Shown piece after piece: positions 1-13,524 of a DNA stretch of 64,000 bases (positions are counted from its first letter, which is position 1; each line of letters begins with the position of its first letter). Location: contig OX597815.1 of NCBI GenBank assembly GCA_951406725.2, positions 142,600,001 to 142,664,000 on the forward strand, given 5' to 3'. Below the pieces are notes generated by a model. That model saw nothing but the letters and a program-made list of their open reading frames with translations, did no database searches and had not been told where the DNA came from. The stretch comes from Octopus vulgaris (taxonomy: Eukaryota). Position numbers and translations under genes: made by a program.

Positions 1-149
1 AAAATAAGTGACCATTTAAAAATATGGGTTACTTTAAGTGTGGTGAAATAGGCCATAAAAGATCGCGCTGTAGGACAGAGCCTAAATAACGTCTCAACAG
101 AAAGAATCACGTAAACATGTTAACACTGATAAAAACATAAGAACGTACT

Positions 150-1430
150 TCGAAGGAAATTTGTGTACGTAAGAATTAATAACACAAGCGTAAAGTTACA
201 GTTGGATACAGGCAGGCAGTGATATCTCAATAATTAACGCAAGGTGGAAAAAATCGGGAGACCTAAATTAAATGAATATTAAAAAATTGCCCATAGTGTT
301 CCAAAAAAATAACCTATTTTAAGTTGATATTTTAAGATGATATATAACATTACATTTCGTGAAGAAAAAACTTTAAGAGCTAAAGATTTTGTGTTAGATG
401 ATACTACAAAGTAATTCGGTACAAACTGGATGAAATTATTTAACCTATAGAACTTTCCCTTGGATCTTTTCTGTAAAAATGTGAATGTTTTTTTTTTTCT
501 CCAGTACAAATAAGTGGTCAGACGAACTGGAAAAGAATTAAACAATATTTATTCTGATGTTCTGTCTGATAAATTAGGTCTGTGCACCAAAACGAAGGCA
601 CAAATAAAAGAAAACTCCACACCGGCATTTAAACAAAAAGGAACTGTGCCGTTCGCAGTGTTAGAACAAATAAACTAAGAGTTTGGGAGAGACCAGGCAA
701 ATTGGAGTTACCTAAAAAGTTGAATATAGTCAATGGTCATCACCAAGTGTGTACGTTAAGCAAAAGAATAATAAAATCAGAATGTACGCTGATTTTCCCA
801 CTGGTTTAAACGAATTTCTGTAAACGTGTCACTATTAGCTACCTACTATGGAGCATGCTTTGCGAAATTAAAAGGTGGCAAGATACTTTCAAATTGGATC
901 TCTCTGACGCGTACCTACAAATTACAGTAGACGATAAATGTTTTAAATACCTAACAATTAACATACATAAAGGACAGTATAAATACGAAAGTTTGCCATT
1001 CGGTTTAAAAGTCGCTCCAGCAGAAAACGATAAATTCAATAGAAAGATATAAGAAATGCTGAAGGTTAAAAGAGATAAAAGTATGCGCAAACAAATGCGA
1101 ACCGTTTCTCAATTTGTGACAATGTATTGATGCATGCAGAAAGAGTCTTAGTTCCAGCCGCACTATAGAAGCAATTATTAAAGGAATTTCATATTGGTCT
1201 CTCAGGGATTTCGAGAATAAAATCGTTAACGACATGTTATGTATACTGGCCAACAATGGACAGTGAAGAATCGGTGAAAGCATGCCTTAGCTGCAACAGC
1301 GCCTGCCGCTAAATGGCAACCGTGGCTAAAAATAGATGATGCAAGGTCCACAATGCATGTTCATTAAGCAGGTCCACTTAAGGGTACATATTACCTTGTT
1401 GTGGTGGACAATTTTTATTGTTACTTTCTA
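150..1430 (+). mobile_element. Decayed Ty3/Gypsy (K02A2.6-like) pol remnant: protease, partial RT, integrase N-terminus
   Basis: VKLQLDTG(fs)SDISIIN aspartic-protease motif near 190-240; RT segment FKLDLSDAYLQI..LTINIHKGQYKYESLPFGLKVAPA (ORF 855-1052); integrase-like WQPW...MHVH*AGPLKGTYYLVVVD near 1310-1410; many stops, frameshifts and internal deletions. Confidence 0.85.
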
Positions 1431-1527
1431 CCCTTAGCGATACCAGTGGTTCATTACATTTTCAAAGCTTCAAAAACAAACTTATGTTTGTTTACTTATG
1501 AGCTAATATATCTGTATCTATCTATCT

Positions 1528-1528
1528 A

Positions 1529-1572
<44 letters not shown>

Positions 1573-2529
1573 TCAACTTGTGTGTCTGTGTGTGTATCTG
1601 TGTGTTTAACTTCCCGGCACATTTCCTCCTAGCCAACAAATCGTAAAACCACCAAAAATGGGTCACTTAAAGTTTAGGCGAATGAAAATTGAACTGCGCT
1701 ATTTTTGTTCCGAAATTCACCACGCGTGCAAGCATGCGTAAATTGCATAAAATATAAAAAATCAATATATAAAAACGAATCGCCGTAAACATTGTAGAAA
1801 TTCGGCAAAGAAATGAATTTTCGGGATGTAGCATGGAGGGTTTTTTCGTATTAATCGTTTGGACTTTGTGAACACATACCAATTGTTTTCATAACATTTT
1901 TAACGCTTTAAATTAAATGTGACCATTTTGCGTTGAGTCTGCAGTTTGAATCACTTTAACCAAATTTTAGCAGCCCGGATTTTTGATCATCACGATACAT
2001 CGCCAGCGACTCCCTGAAACTCTCCCTTGAAGTCCCCGTTGAGAAATCTATATATATAAAACTGAACCTGTGTGTCTGTGTGTGTGTTTAACTTTTGGAT
2101 CTCTCAAGTTTCATTATTAAGGATGGAAAGTAGTGTGTAGGAAATCTATATAAAGCTGAAGTTGTCTGTGTGTGGCAGGTTTGGTAGCCTTCAACTAACA
2201 CTATCTCCTTCGAGACCCTGCAGCGCAAGTTACCAAAATTGAGAGTATGATAGAAGAAGGCTTGCTCTTCATTCTGTAGAAGATAACATTCAAATCGGAC
2301 CATGTTAACACCAAAAATTATTTACATCAAAAGGGTGCTTTTTTTCTATAAAAATCCCTATTTTCTACGATTTTTGACTGCTGTGTCACCATTTTTCGGT
2401 GTATTTCAACTGGAAAAAAGGTTCACTTGAAGAGAATAACAAGTTGCATAATGCAAAATCTTTACTTTTCAAAAATTTAAATTCTTAAGGGTCGAAACAA
2501 ATGCAAGCAACACCGGGTGATACTGCTAG
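1528..2529 (+). mobile_element. Composite non-autonomous Helitron-like element (three 5' ends, one 3' end)
   Basis: TCTATAT..AAA(a/g)ct(c/g)aa(c/g)..tgtgtg 5' motifs at ~1528-1600, 2047 and 2145; 3' end gcaacaccgggtgatactgCTAG^T at 2507-2530; A before TC at 2046/2144. The subterminal hairpin is degraded. Confidence 0.65.
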
Positions 2530-5391
2530 TATATATATATATATATATATATAGTACTAGATACAAAGCAGTGCGAATATTTTTTCATTTAATGTTATGT
2601 TGATCTTGGGTTTCAGCATCTACCGCTGATTATCAGATACACGTATTCTCAAAAACATACATATTGTTCCCTATATAGATCTTAATATAAAGAGAAATTT
2701 TCCAATCCTTGGCTGTTATTCTTGTCGTTATAACCATTGTCGCCGTTGTTGATTTTGTTGATGCTAGCGTTATTCTTCCTGTTGCGGTTGTTGTTTACAC
2801 CTATCTCGTACATGGCAGGTGAGAATTGTAATGAAATTTATATTATTCTAGCAATGATGAACATATATGTTATTACATTCATGGTAACCACAATCAGATG
2901 ATCCAAGCTGCACTTTTTTAATGCAGTCAGTCAATAATTACTTCAGAAAGATGTGCCTCCTATATTTTTCTGGCCAAAGGACGAGTAAAGGCTTCCACAT
3001 CAACTTGTTGTCTACCGCTCTTTTATGCCATCTAATACTTTCAGAAACATCATGAACACCACAACACTCCTACTCATGTTCCACTATATTTGAATGTTTC
3101 TGTGACTTTTTTCAAGAGAGCAATATTATTTGTTAAATATGTTTATCCTTTCTTACTTGTATTCTGTTACTTTCGGACATAAAACTTTTAGCGTTACGTG
3201 TTCTAGTATATAATACATTGATGTAGTTGCATCGTTATTATTATTATGTAAAAGTTAGCTATACTGTCGTTGCAACGCTGTATTAATGCCTTAGAGGAGT
3301 TCACATGTGATCAATGATATTTCATGCATGACTATCCCATCACATAGAGTTAAGAACTATCTTCTACAACATTCACTTGATAGAATATGTGAACGCCAAA
3401 TATACAGTTATGTAGTACTGTGTTACCTTATCAGAAGAACGTTGAAGGCCTGAATCAAAGCAGTCTCGGAGCCAGTAATACCCTTAGGTACCATAAATAT
3501 TCCAGCTTAAATTAATAAATAAATACCATAAAGTATAATAATACTTTATGAACATTATTATAAAACACAAAACATGTTATACATGAAACCAACCAATTTC
3601 GATTATATATAATTTTTAAGTGGATTCAACAGTTTCCGTCTAATATTTATTACAAATTTTTTTCAGTACATGAGAAAATTGAAAATAAGTGAAAATGATC
3701 ACAAATATATCTATAGGATTATTAAAAATCAAGTTATGTATTTTCAATTTATGTTATTCTGCATCTTATCACATATTTTTTCCATTCCTCTACTTCATGA
3801 AAAATCGATAAACATTTCTGTTTGCTCATCAAATAAAAGTCTATGGCTTCCAAAGAGCTTCTAAAATTTCCTTATGTCAACAAACACAGTTTGGCATATT
3901 GTGCACTGGTACAGCTACAATGTTTGCTCTAACGAGTTTATGTTTATATAAAATAACATATACTTTCAAAACATATAAATATCAAAACATATAAATATCA
4001 AAACATCATATATTCTTACTTTTCCTTCTTACACTCTGCATTTGTTTATCTATGTAAGTATATGCATAACAGTGTGAGTGAGTAAGTATATATGTATATT
4101 ACTACTTCTTTCCATAAATGAATTCTTAATTCAGAAATATTTCTTATTTCAAAATTGTAGAGAGCTGAAACTTCGTTTGAGCTCAGTTGTTTCTTTATCC
4201 GCAATGCTCAAGAAGTCGAGTAATATATATTAACATAGTGTGTTAATATATTAACATAGTGTGTTCGTGCGCGCAGGCGTTTAATATTAATCATAGCATA
4301 TAGTCATAGATGCGTTTACAGTCAATTTCACACATCGGTTTTGCACTGCATATTACATAACCCGACATTAGAGAAGAGAGGTGCCAATATACATGATCCT
4401 CCGATTTAACGAATGATCTTTATTACTAGAGGTGAAAAATTGTCCTATCCCTTTTGTAAGTGCTGTGAAAAATGACGAAACATCGTTGCAGGAGACATTT
4501 ACGCTAGGGATTTATCAAGCGTGCTGCCCCTTCATTCCGAAATACCAGAGTTACCTTTTAAACAGAAAAAGTCTGTTGGGTTAACATATACGTAGCAGGG
4601 TTTGAAGGAATGGTATCTGTTTATGGTTGATATGCATATAGGGTTATTCTTTTCTTCCTTTGAGGACTAAATCTTTAAACTCATGTTTGAGTACAAGTGC
4701 GAATGTATGTTCATGTGTGTTTAGTGTGCTAAAAGATTTTACTTTGTTCTCTAGAGCATATAATAGTGGTGCTACCCGTAGGTAAGAATTAAGATGCTCT
4801 GAATCGAAATTCGAAACCACTGGTGATCTGGCTATGTCCGCTAGAGAACATAACTACATTGTCAGTCAAGATTTAGCATTTGTGACTATTGAGTTGTTTT
4901 GATTATTATTTCTAGTAACGCCTGCACCACTTTGTATTCGCTGTCACTTTTGAGACGTCTACATATATAATGAAGAGGGAAAAAGAGGTAATTCAGTACT
5001 CCTGCATATACCATTAGTGTACCAAATTGAAAAAACAATTTACTTAGCATTTATACTGCTGTAAGCTTTTAAATATCAGACTATCACTAATAACGCCCGC
5101 ATTCCCTAGACATCAATTCGAGTTATGATGTATTGTTTCGAGGACATCAGATAGCTTTCAGCCTTGTCTAGCATGGAGACAACTATCGAAATATCCTGCT
5201 TGTGGGCTTCACGCGTCCGCCATCTATTTTTAGTTTCATACACGCACCAGTATACACTACTCTACACTCACATACACTCAAACACACACACGCATTAACA
5301 CACACACGCATTAACACACACACACATACGCACACACAAACATACACACACACATATATGATGTATGTTACATATTATATTTTATTTTATT

Positions 5392-5778
5392 TTACTTGTT
5401 TCAGTCATTTGAGTGTAGCCATACTGGAGCACCGCCTTTAGTCGAGCAAATCGACCCCAGGACTTATTCTTTGTAAGCCTAGTACTTATTCTGTTGGTCG
5501 CTTTTGCCGAACCGCTAAGTTACGGTGACGTAAACACACCAGCATCGGTTGTCAAGTGACGGTGGGGGTGGGACAAATACAAACATACACACACACACAT
5601 ATATATACATATATACGACGGGTTTCTTTCAGTTTCCGTCAAACAAATCCACTCACAAGGATTTGGTCGACCCGAGGCAATAGTAGAAGACACTTGCCCA
5701 AGGTGCCACACAGTGGGACTGAACCAGGTACGATGTGGTTCGTAAACAAGCTACTTACCACACAGCCACTCTTACGCC
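5392..5778 (-). mobile_element. tRNA-derived SINE, near full length
   Basis: Minus-strand head ggcgtaagagTGGCTGTGTGGtaag...GGTTCAGTCCcact (A/B-box-like) followed by cttgggcaagtg CORE-like body and AT-rich tail; a related copy is split at 46310-47230. Confidence 0.8.
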
Positions 5779-5782
5779 TATT

Positions 5783-5824
5783 AAAAAAATATGGAACGCT
5801 TCACGAATGTGCGTGTCATCCTTG
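5783..5824 (-). pseudogene. U6: U6 snRNA 3' fragment (retro-pseudogene piece)
   Basis: Minus strand reads CAAGGATGACACGCACATTCGTGAAGCGTTCCATATTTTTTT, matching the conserved U6 3' end (CAAGGATGACACGCAAATTCGTGAAGCGTTCCATATTTT) with one mismatch. Confidence 0.93.
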
Positions 5825-6136
5825 ATGTATGTATGTATATATATGTATATATACTTTATATATGATCGTCGATGATGCTTATAATCTGTGCAATGGTAAT
5901 TATTCAGTAACATTTATAGTTGATTGGACAAAAGATCATTATGTTTCAAAACAGCTGAAATACGCCGGATGCAAATTATTGAATGTTGACAGATATGTGA
6001 CGCCCTGTAATAACTATAAACTACTTTTCTGGGCATAGCTAATTTCAACTTATTTTGGAAATTTATTGGAAATTTATTGCAGAATATTTGTTTTATTTCC
6101 CGTTCATAGACACGCATATAAATGTAACAATATATA

Positions 6137-6214
<78 letters not shown>

Positions 6215-6495
6215 TACATATATATATATATGTGAGTTATTTTTCTGAGTATGCATTGTCTGGAGACTTTTATTTGCAGTTGAAGAAATAGCCAAATTTT
6301 TGGCTGCTATTTCTGAAAAGTTCGGTGTGTGGTAAAGTGAATTCTTTTACTTTACCATATTTTTATAAATTAATACTTCAAATATACCGTAAATGGTCTT
6401 TACATACCGAATATGCTTGGTCGAATTTATTAATAATTAATTAATTCGACCCCTTTTTTCATAACAATATGTATATATATATGTATATATATATA

Positions 6496-6567
<72 letters not shown>

Positions 6568-7565
6568 TTAAAGCAGCGCTACAAGGAGATTTATGCTGTA
6601 GAAATACAATAATTTGACGGATTTATATAACATACCATGTACTTTTAGGCAATGGTTCAGGATCAGTGCCTGCTGTTACACTTAGTTGAAAATTTGAAAA
6701 CCCGGACGATGCTCTTTCAGAAAATATGAAAAGAAATGGGAGGAAAAAGCACGAAGAAGGCTAGAGCAAAGTGTGGAACGAGAAGAAAGAAAACAAACGG
6801 AAGAAAACAAAGATTATGGTCCCGTTTGTCTGTAGATATCATAATTAATTCAGCTGGAGTAGGATAATATGACAGAGAGGGCGTCAAACTCTCAGATAGC
6901 CACCCACTACAGAGAGGATTCTTTCTTCCAGTTCAGCAAAAGAAATTTTATATTTATATAAGGCATAGATTTCTCAAAAACATTCCAATTAATTGCATGC
7001 AGCGTGCACTTGTTCTTCAGTATCATACATAGCTGGCCGACTTGGCTGATTTATCTTTATCAATGTGTCGGAAAGGTATAATACTTATATCACGCGTATG
7101 TATATATATATATATTTATGCACCCTTTTCAAGCCTAGCCAGAAACAATGTGAAAGAGAGTGAGGAGAAAGGCACAAAGGAGGCATGCAAGTGTGAGAAG
7201 ATAGAGTAAAAGTGGAGAAAAACATAGAGTAATAGTAGAGGTAGAAAGAAAGAGAACAGAAAGAAAGGTCGACAGAGAAAGAAAGGAGAGGTACAGGGAT
7301 GCAAGTAAGGGCGAAAAGAGAGAAAGCGATAGATTAAGTGCAAAGAGTGTAGAAAGCGATAGATTAAGTGTAAAGAGTGTTAAGGAACTGTTGATACAAT
7401 AAAGTAAACAAATAGGTTACGCGTTGCGCTATAGGGACGTATCAAGGGTTGAACAGACAGATCACAACAAGGAAAAATTGTTAGACGAAAGCAGAGCAAA
7501 CGGGAAACTACACGAAGACTTAACATTCGGGAAATATAGACAAAGACAAGATACATGGAATATAC

Positions 7566-8161
7566 GCAGATGGTGATGACTTGTCCGTCAGCTAATTCAT
7601 AACTCTTTTCCAAAGATGAAAAGGAAGCTGCACTCTGCATTTCCAGTTCAAAGTCTAGAGCAACATAACAGAGCTTCTCTTTGATGTCACGGACAAATTC
7701 CCTCTAGCAGTAGTGGTGAAAGAGTAGCCACGTTCGGTTAAGGTTTTATCAGGTAATCTGTCAAGTCACGACCAGCAAGATCAGGACGCATGATAGCATG
7801 AGGCATGGCGTAACGTTCATAGGTGGTGACACCATCACCTGAATCAAGAACAATACCTGTGGTTCGACCGGGAGCATATAGGGACAATACTGCTTGAATA
7901 GTCACTTACATGGCGGGAGTGCTGAAGGTTTCTAGCATAATTTGGGTCATCATTTCTCTGTTGCTTTTGGGATTATGAGGAGCCTCAGTCAACAAGACAG
8001 GGTACTCTTCGGGTGCAACTCTCAACACGTTCTAGAATTTATGATGCCAGATCTTTTCCATATCATCCTAGTTGGTAAAAATACCGTGTTCAATGGGGTA
8101 CCTCAAGGTAAGAATACCTCTCTTGCTTTGAGCATCATCTCCGATGTAGCTGTCTTTTTGT

Positions 8162-8163
<2 letters not shown>
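7566..8163 (-). pseudogene. Actin pseudogene fragment (approx. residues G48-I250)
   Basis: Minus strand: [124 protein letters not shown]; in-frame stops, frameshifts, short deletion; no intron in the fragment. Confidence 0.95.
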
Positions 8164-8238
<75 letters not shown>

Positions 8239-8703
8239 GGATATGTAGGTTGACAGATTCATAAACAAGTAGAGAGACATATATATATATATATACATAA
8301 AGAATTGACAAATTTTCCTCGTATGATTTCTCAGTTTCTAAACAAACTGAACATTACAAACTATATAAATGTATCTATATGTGTGCATATTACATTTCAT
8401 ATATCCGGCATTAGTTGTGGCTTTAGAGCCACACATCACACATCACACATGTGTATGTGTGCGTGTTGCGTGTGTGTGTGTGTGTGTGTGTTTGTGTATG
8501 TATATGTATAGTGTCATACAAATATATGTTGTACATTTGTAGGAAATCATGTATGTATAATACAGGTATATATGTGTCTGTGTGTGCGTATGTGTGTGTG
8601 CATACATATGTATATATGTGTGTGTATACATGTAAGTATGCATTTAGAAATAGTATCTGTGTAATTGGGTAAAAATTCATGCATATGTATATATGTGTAT
8701 ATA

Positions 8704-8764
<61 letters not shown>

Positions 8765-11700
8765 CTTTGATACTTTGATACTTTGATAGGTTTCGGCCAT
8801 TATTGGCCCAGGCCATGTCTAACTTAATAGCACCACCTGGTGAAGTCTTTCAAGTCAGAATTTGGGCACTATGGCCCACTCAAGTAGAGAGTTATTGTTT
8901 ACAGAGGCATATCCGGGTGTAGGGGGTTTATCCGGGATTTCTTGAAGGAATCTGTCCAAAGACTTCTTGAACCCTATAGGGTCAGTTTCTGTTTTAATGT
9001 GTTTTGGTGTAATGTTAAAGAGAGCGGGGCCAATTGAGGTGAAATAATTGTGCCGTATTGTTGTTATGAGATGAGAGTGCGATTTTTGTTTTGGGCGGAT
9101 GGCACGGGGCCCAAGCCTTGGATGTACCTTAAAGGTGATGCCAACATCATTTGGGCAATGCTGATGGAATATTTTCCACATCATGCAGATGATGTAGCGC
9201 TCACGACGACGTTGGAGAGAATAGAGTTTTAGCTTTTCTAGTCGACCCCAATAGTCGAGGCCTGTCATGCCATCTATCTTTTTTGTGATTGCCCTTTGAG
9301 GTGCTTCGACTTTTTTGATACCTTGTATTGTGTGGGGAGACCACAGTGGACAACAGTATTCAAGGTGGGGTCGGGCAAAAGTGGAGAAGAGAAGGATAAT
9401 GGTGTGGATATCTCTCGACTGGAAAGTTCTGAGAATCCAGGAACACATTCTGCGGGCCATGTCAACTTTGGTGTTTATATGAGTGGCCCAGCTTACGTTG
9501 TTGTCCACAATTACTCCCAAGTCTCTGATGTTGTTGGACGCCGCGAGAGTTTCACCTGAAGGAAGGGAGTATGGGAGTTTCAGGGCATCCTCTTTTCCAA
9601 AGTGGATTAGCTCAAATTTATCCTCGTTCAGCAGCATATTGTTTTTTTCTGCCCATTGGATAACAGCCAGTAGATCTGACTGAAGGCATGTCCGGTCACT
9701 CGCCTCATTTATGACCTTCTGTAGCTTGGAGTCATCTGCAAAGATTTTTATGTTGCTGTGCTTGATGATGTCATTAATGTCATTAATGTAAATGATGAAA
9801 AGAAGTGGGCCCAGCACAGTGCCTTGCGGAACGCCACTACTGACTTTGGCTGGGCTTGATTTTACCCCTTCAACTACAACATGTTGAGATCTGTCTGTCA
9901 GGAAACACTTAATCCATTTCAGTAACTTTCCAGAGACACCAATGTTGGATAGTTTTTTCAATAGGATCTTGTGATCGACCCTGTCGAAGGCCTTACTGAA
10001 ATCAAGGTAGATGACATCGGTGTTGGAGCCCTCTCCCAAAGCTCTCAAAATGTCCTCAAAGTGATGCAGGAGCTGCGTTAGGCAGTCCCTTCCATTACGG
10101 AACCCATGTTGGTTGGAGATCAGCCGTCTGTTGCTTTCCAGAAATTGGGTTATTTGAGATCTCACCACCCTCTCAAATACCTTGATGATATGAGAGGTGA
10201 GTGAGATCGGACGGTAATTCACTGCAAGGGACTTGTTTCCCTTTTTGAAAACTGGGACAACAGACTGGGACAGAAGGTTTTTTGGAATATAGCCAGCATC
10301 CAGTGAGTTTCTCCACAGATTAGCAAGGGGAGATGCAAGTTGGTGTCGACACACCTTCAGGACACAAGCAGGGAACCTATCGGGGCCTACTGCTGAATTG
10401 TGTTTTATTTCGTTTATCGCCGCTAAGACATCAGGGGCACTAAACGTTATGTCCGATATAGTGTGTTGGGGGTTGACATCACTGATACAGCCCAGATCGG
10501 CCATATCAGGATTGCTGAAAACAGAGCAGTATTGTTTCTGCAGTATCTCGGCCATGGATTTGGCATTATCTTGGAGAGTGCCAGTTTCGTCAATTAGAGG
10601 GCCTACAGTGGAGACAGTGACCCTGCGTTTCCTCGCAAATGAAAAGAACACTTTGGGGTTGAGTTTGATTTTTTCAATGGCCCACTTCTCCTCAGCTGAT
10701 CTTTGGTTATTGATGAGGGACTTCATGCATTGTTGGAGGTTATATTTTTTGGATTCAAGCAGTGCGATAGCCGTCGAATGTGTGTGTTGCTGTTGGCAGT
10801 ACTTTAGTTTGTTAATTTTTTTGTTTGTTCTTTTTATTTTTCTGATAATGGTTTTTCTGTTTTGGGGGATTCTGCACTTTTTGTTCACAGGTCTTGGTGG
10901 GGAGTGTTTTGCACATATGTCTGTGACGGTGTCTACAAAGATCTGCCAAGATGTTTTATGGTTGGTGGAGATGTGTGTATGTGTAAAGGACCAGTCAACA
11001 TTTGATAGCTCGTTCCTGATTGCATCCCAGTTGGCTTTATGGAGATCCATGTTGTCAAATGGGTGGGCTGGAGGAAGGTCACTAGGATTAGCTTTCGGCT
11101 GGTGGAATTTCATGTTACAGAGAACCATGTCATGGTCTGAAAGAAGGGTTTTTTCCACTGTAACGTTATGTATAGTGTTAGTGTGGTTACTAAACACTAG
11201 GTCCAAAATGTTCTGATGTCTTGTTGGTGCAAGGACAAGTTGGGACAAGAAAAACTCATTCGTAAAGTCGAAAAGTGACTCTGCTGCTTCTTTGTCAGCG
11301 GTTGAGGCGGGAGTGCTTGGTTTCAAACAGTTTGTAGTCCAGTCAACACAGGGTAGATTGAAGTCTCCCATCATGAGTATGTTGCTAGAATGGCACTGTT
11401 GAATAAAGCACTTAATGCTGTTGAGGCATTCTTTAAAGCACAGTATGGGTGTTTGGGGCGGCCTATAGAGCCCAATTACTGTCAGATCATTGGCTTTGTT
11501 GTGCACGGTGACTGATTCACAGTAGCCGTTGGAGAATATACTATTTCCATCTGCCGTAAATGAATCATGCAGGAAAATGGCAGTTCCACCCTTCCTCCTG
11601 CCGATACGATCCGCGCGGATGGTTGTGAAATTCTTCACTCTCACTTCGGCTTCCAAGTGGGAGTTGTCAAGGTGGGTCTCAGTGAGAATGAAGAAAGGGA

Positions 11701-11967
11701 TGTGGTGTGAATGGTTACCAACCCAGTCTTCAATGAATTGGACCTTCCATTTTTGTGCATTGATGGAAGGGCTGACACCTTGTGCATTGAGTAGGAATGT
11801 GGAGGTTAGTATAGTGGCTGGTTTTGACTGTTGCAGGGGGCTTGGATTTTTTGTGTGTGTTAGTGGCAGCAATGTGGGGAATTGGTGCACTGGGGTAATA
11901 GCATAGGATGGTGTTGAGTGATGGCTAGAATGTTTTTGTGTATCTCTTTTGCCATGTTCAACATGGC

Positions 11968-11970
<3 letters not shown>
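8765..11970 (-). mobile_element. LINE (CR1/L2 group), probably 5'-truncated, inserted in (TA)n, with (TATCAAAG)3 3' tail
   Basis: Sharp GC-content step versus flanks; (TA)n-type tracts on both sides; 8-nt tandem tail at 8765-8788; contains ORF2. Confidence 0.93.
8855..11968 (-). CDS. LINE ORF2: APE endonuclease + reverse transcriptase, uninterrupted (~1040 codons)
   Basis: APE motifs LLNAQG, LTETHL, GLYRPP, MGDFNLP, ILDLVF, SDHDMV; RT motifs [41 protein letters not shown]; C-terminal [11 protein letters not shown]. The track start (12046) lies in the flanking microsatellite and is probably not real. Confidence 0.95.
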
Positions 11971-12030
<60 letters not shown>

Positions 12031-12717
12031 CCATATGTATATACATATGTACACACGTATGTATACACGTATAAATATATGTAAGTATGTGTACATAAAT
12101 GTCGACATTATTGAAAGCGACATATATGTGTATCTGGCCTATTCGTGTTTTTGTTGTCTTTTTCTTATATACTCATCATAATTTTTTGATGTTGAGGAGG
12201 AAAAAGAAACAAAATGTTGCATTTGTTTCTATAGCAAAAAAGTTTAGGCTGAAGTTGTATGCATATCCATAAATATGTATGTAATTTCAATGTGTATACA
12301 TATATATACGTACGGACTTTCACACGCATACATATTTTATGTATACATGCACATGCATACAGGTATGCATACAAAGTGGTTGTAAGTATGTTTTATATAA
12401 CTTTTCAGAAGTCTTACAGGAAGATACATACAGACTGTTTGCGTCAAATTACTTATAAACTCTCTATACTGTATGCAACAATGTGAAATTGCTTGCTTGC
12501 ATTTATGCAACTATACGTGTGTTGTGTGAATGCGTGAGTGCGTGTGTGTGTATGTATATGTATGAATGCATGTATATATGTCTATATATAGATAGATAGA
12601 TAGATGGATACACTCATACATATACAAGTGTGTGCGCGTATGTATATATATATATATATATATACACATTCATACATATATATGGATATATATATACATA
12701 TATATGTACGAATATAT

Positions 12718-12761
<44 letters not shown>

Positions 12762-13312
12762 CTCTGTGTGTGTTTATACAAGTACATGATGCAGGCTTAT
12801 ATGATACGTGTACATGTTTAAGCACATATGATTATATGTACATATATGATTATATGAAAATCTAAAATATATATTTAAACATACGTGTGTTTGTGAACTT
12901 GTGTGTGTCTGTGTGTGTATGAGTCATATTTCTAAAACAACATCCGGACTGTATTAATATAAAACCACGACACGAACAATTGTGTTCATTAAAACATTAT
13001 GATATAAGGTCTTGATTAGCTAATTTAGCCGTATGTACATTTCTTTTTGTATATTTGTGCGTAGGTTTCCTGCGTAATTAATTGTGTTTCGTTTACTTAC
13101 ATACGAGTATGTGTTTACTATCGTTCTACATGTGTAGCACTGTACATGATTAAGAAATGTGTGTGTTTGAAATTAAGTGAAATTGTCTCTTTTATGCATT
13201 TAAATGAACTTATAAAAAAAAAAAAAAATGTTCAGCTGGCTTTCAGGCTGTTCAGTTAATTAATTTGCCTCCGAGACTGATACGTTGTTTTGTTTGTATG
13301 TATGTGTATATG

Positions 13313-13404
<92 letters not shown>

Positions 13405-13490
13405 TATATATGTATATATATATACATATATGTATATATGTATATATACATACATACATATATATATATATATACATATCTATCTATCTA

Positions 13491-13524
<34 letters not shown>

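Noticed and set aside
3961-7380. Short direct duplications at ~3967-4006, 4224-4264 and 7321-7380
   Set aside because: Ordinary slippage duplications with no further structure
10398-11906. 272-aa and 125-aa + strand ORFs
   Set aside because: Antisense shadows of the LINE ORF2
11970-12046. N-terminal [12 protein letters not shown].. extension of the LINE ORF
   Set aside because: Lies in the flanking (TA)n target; in frame by chance
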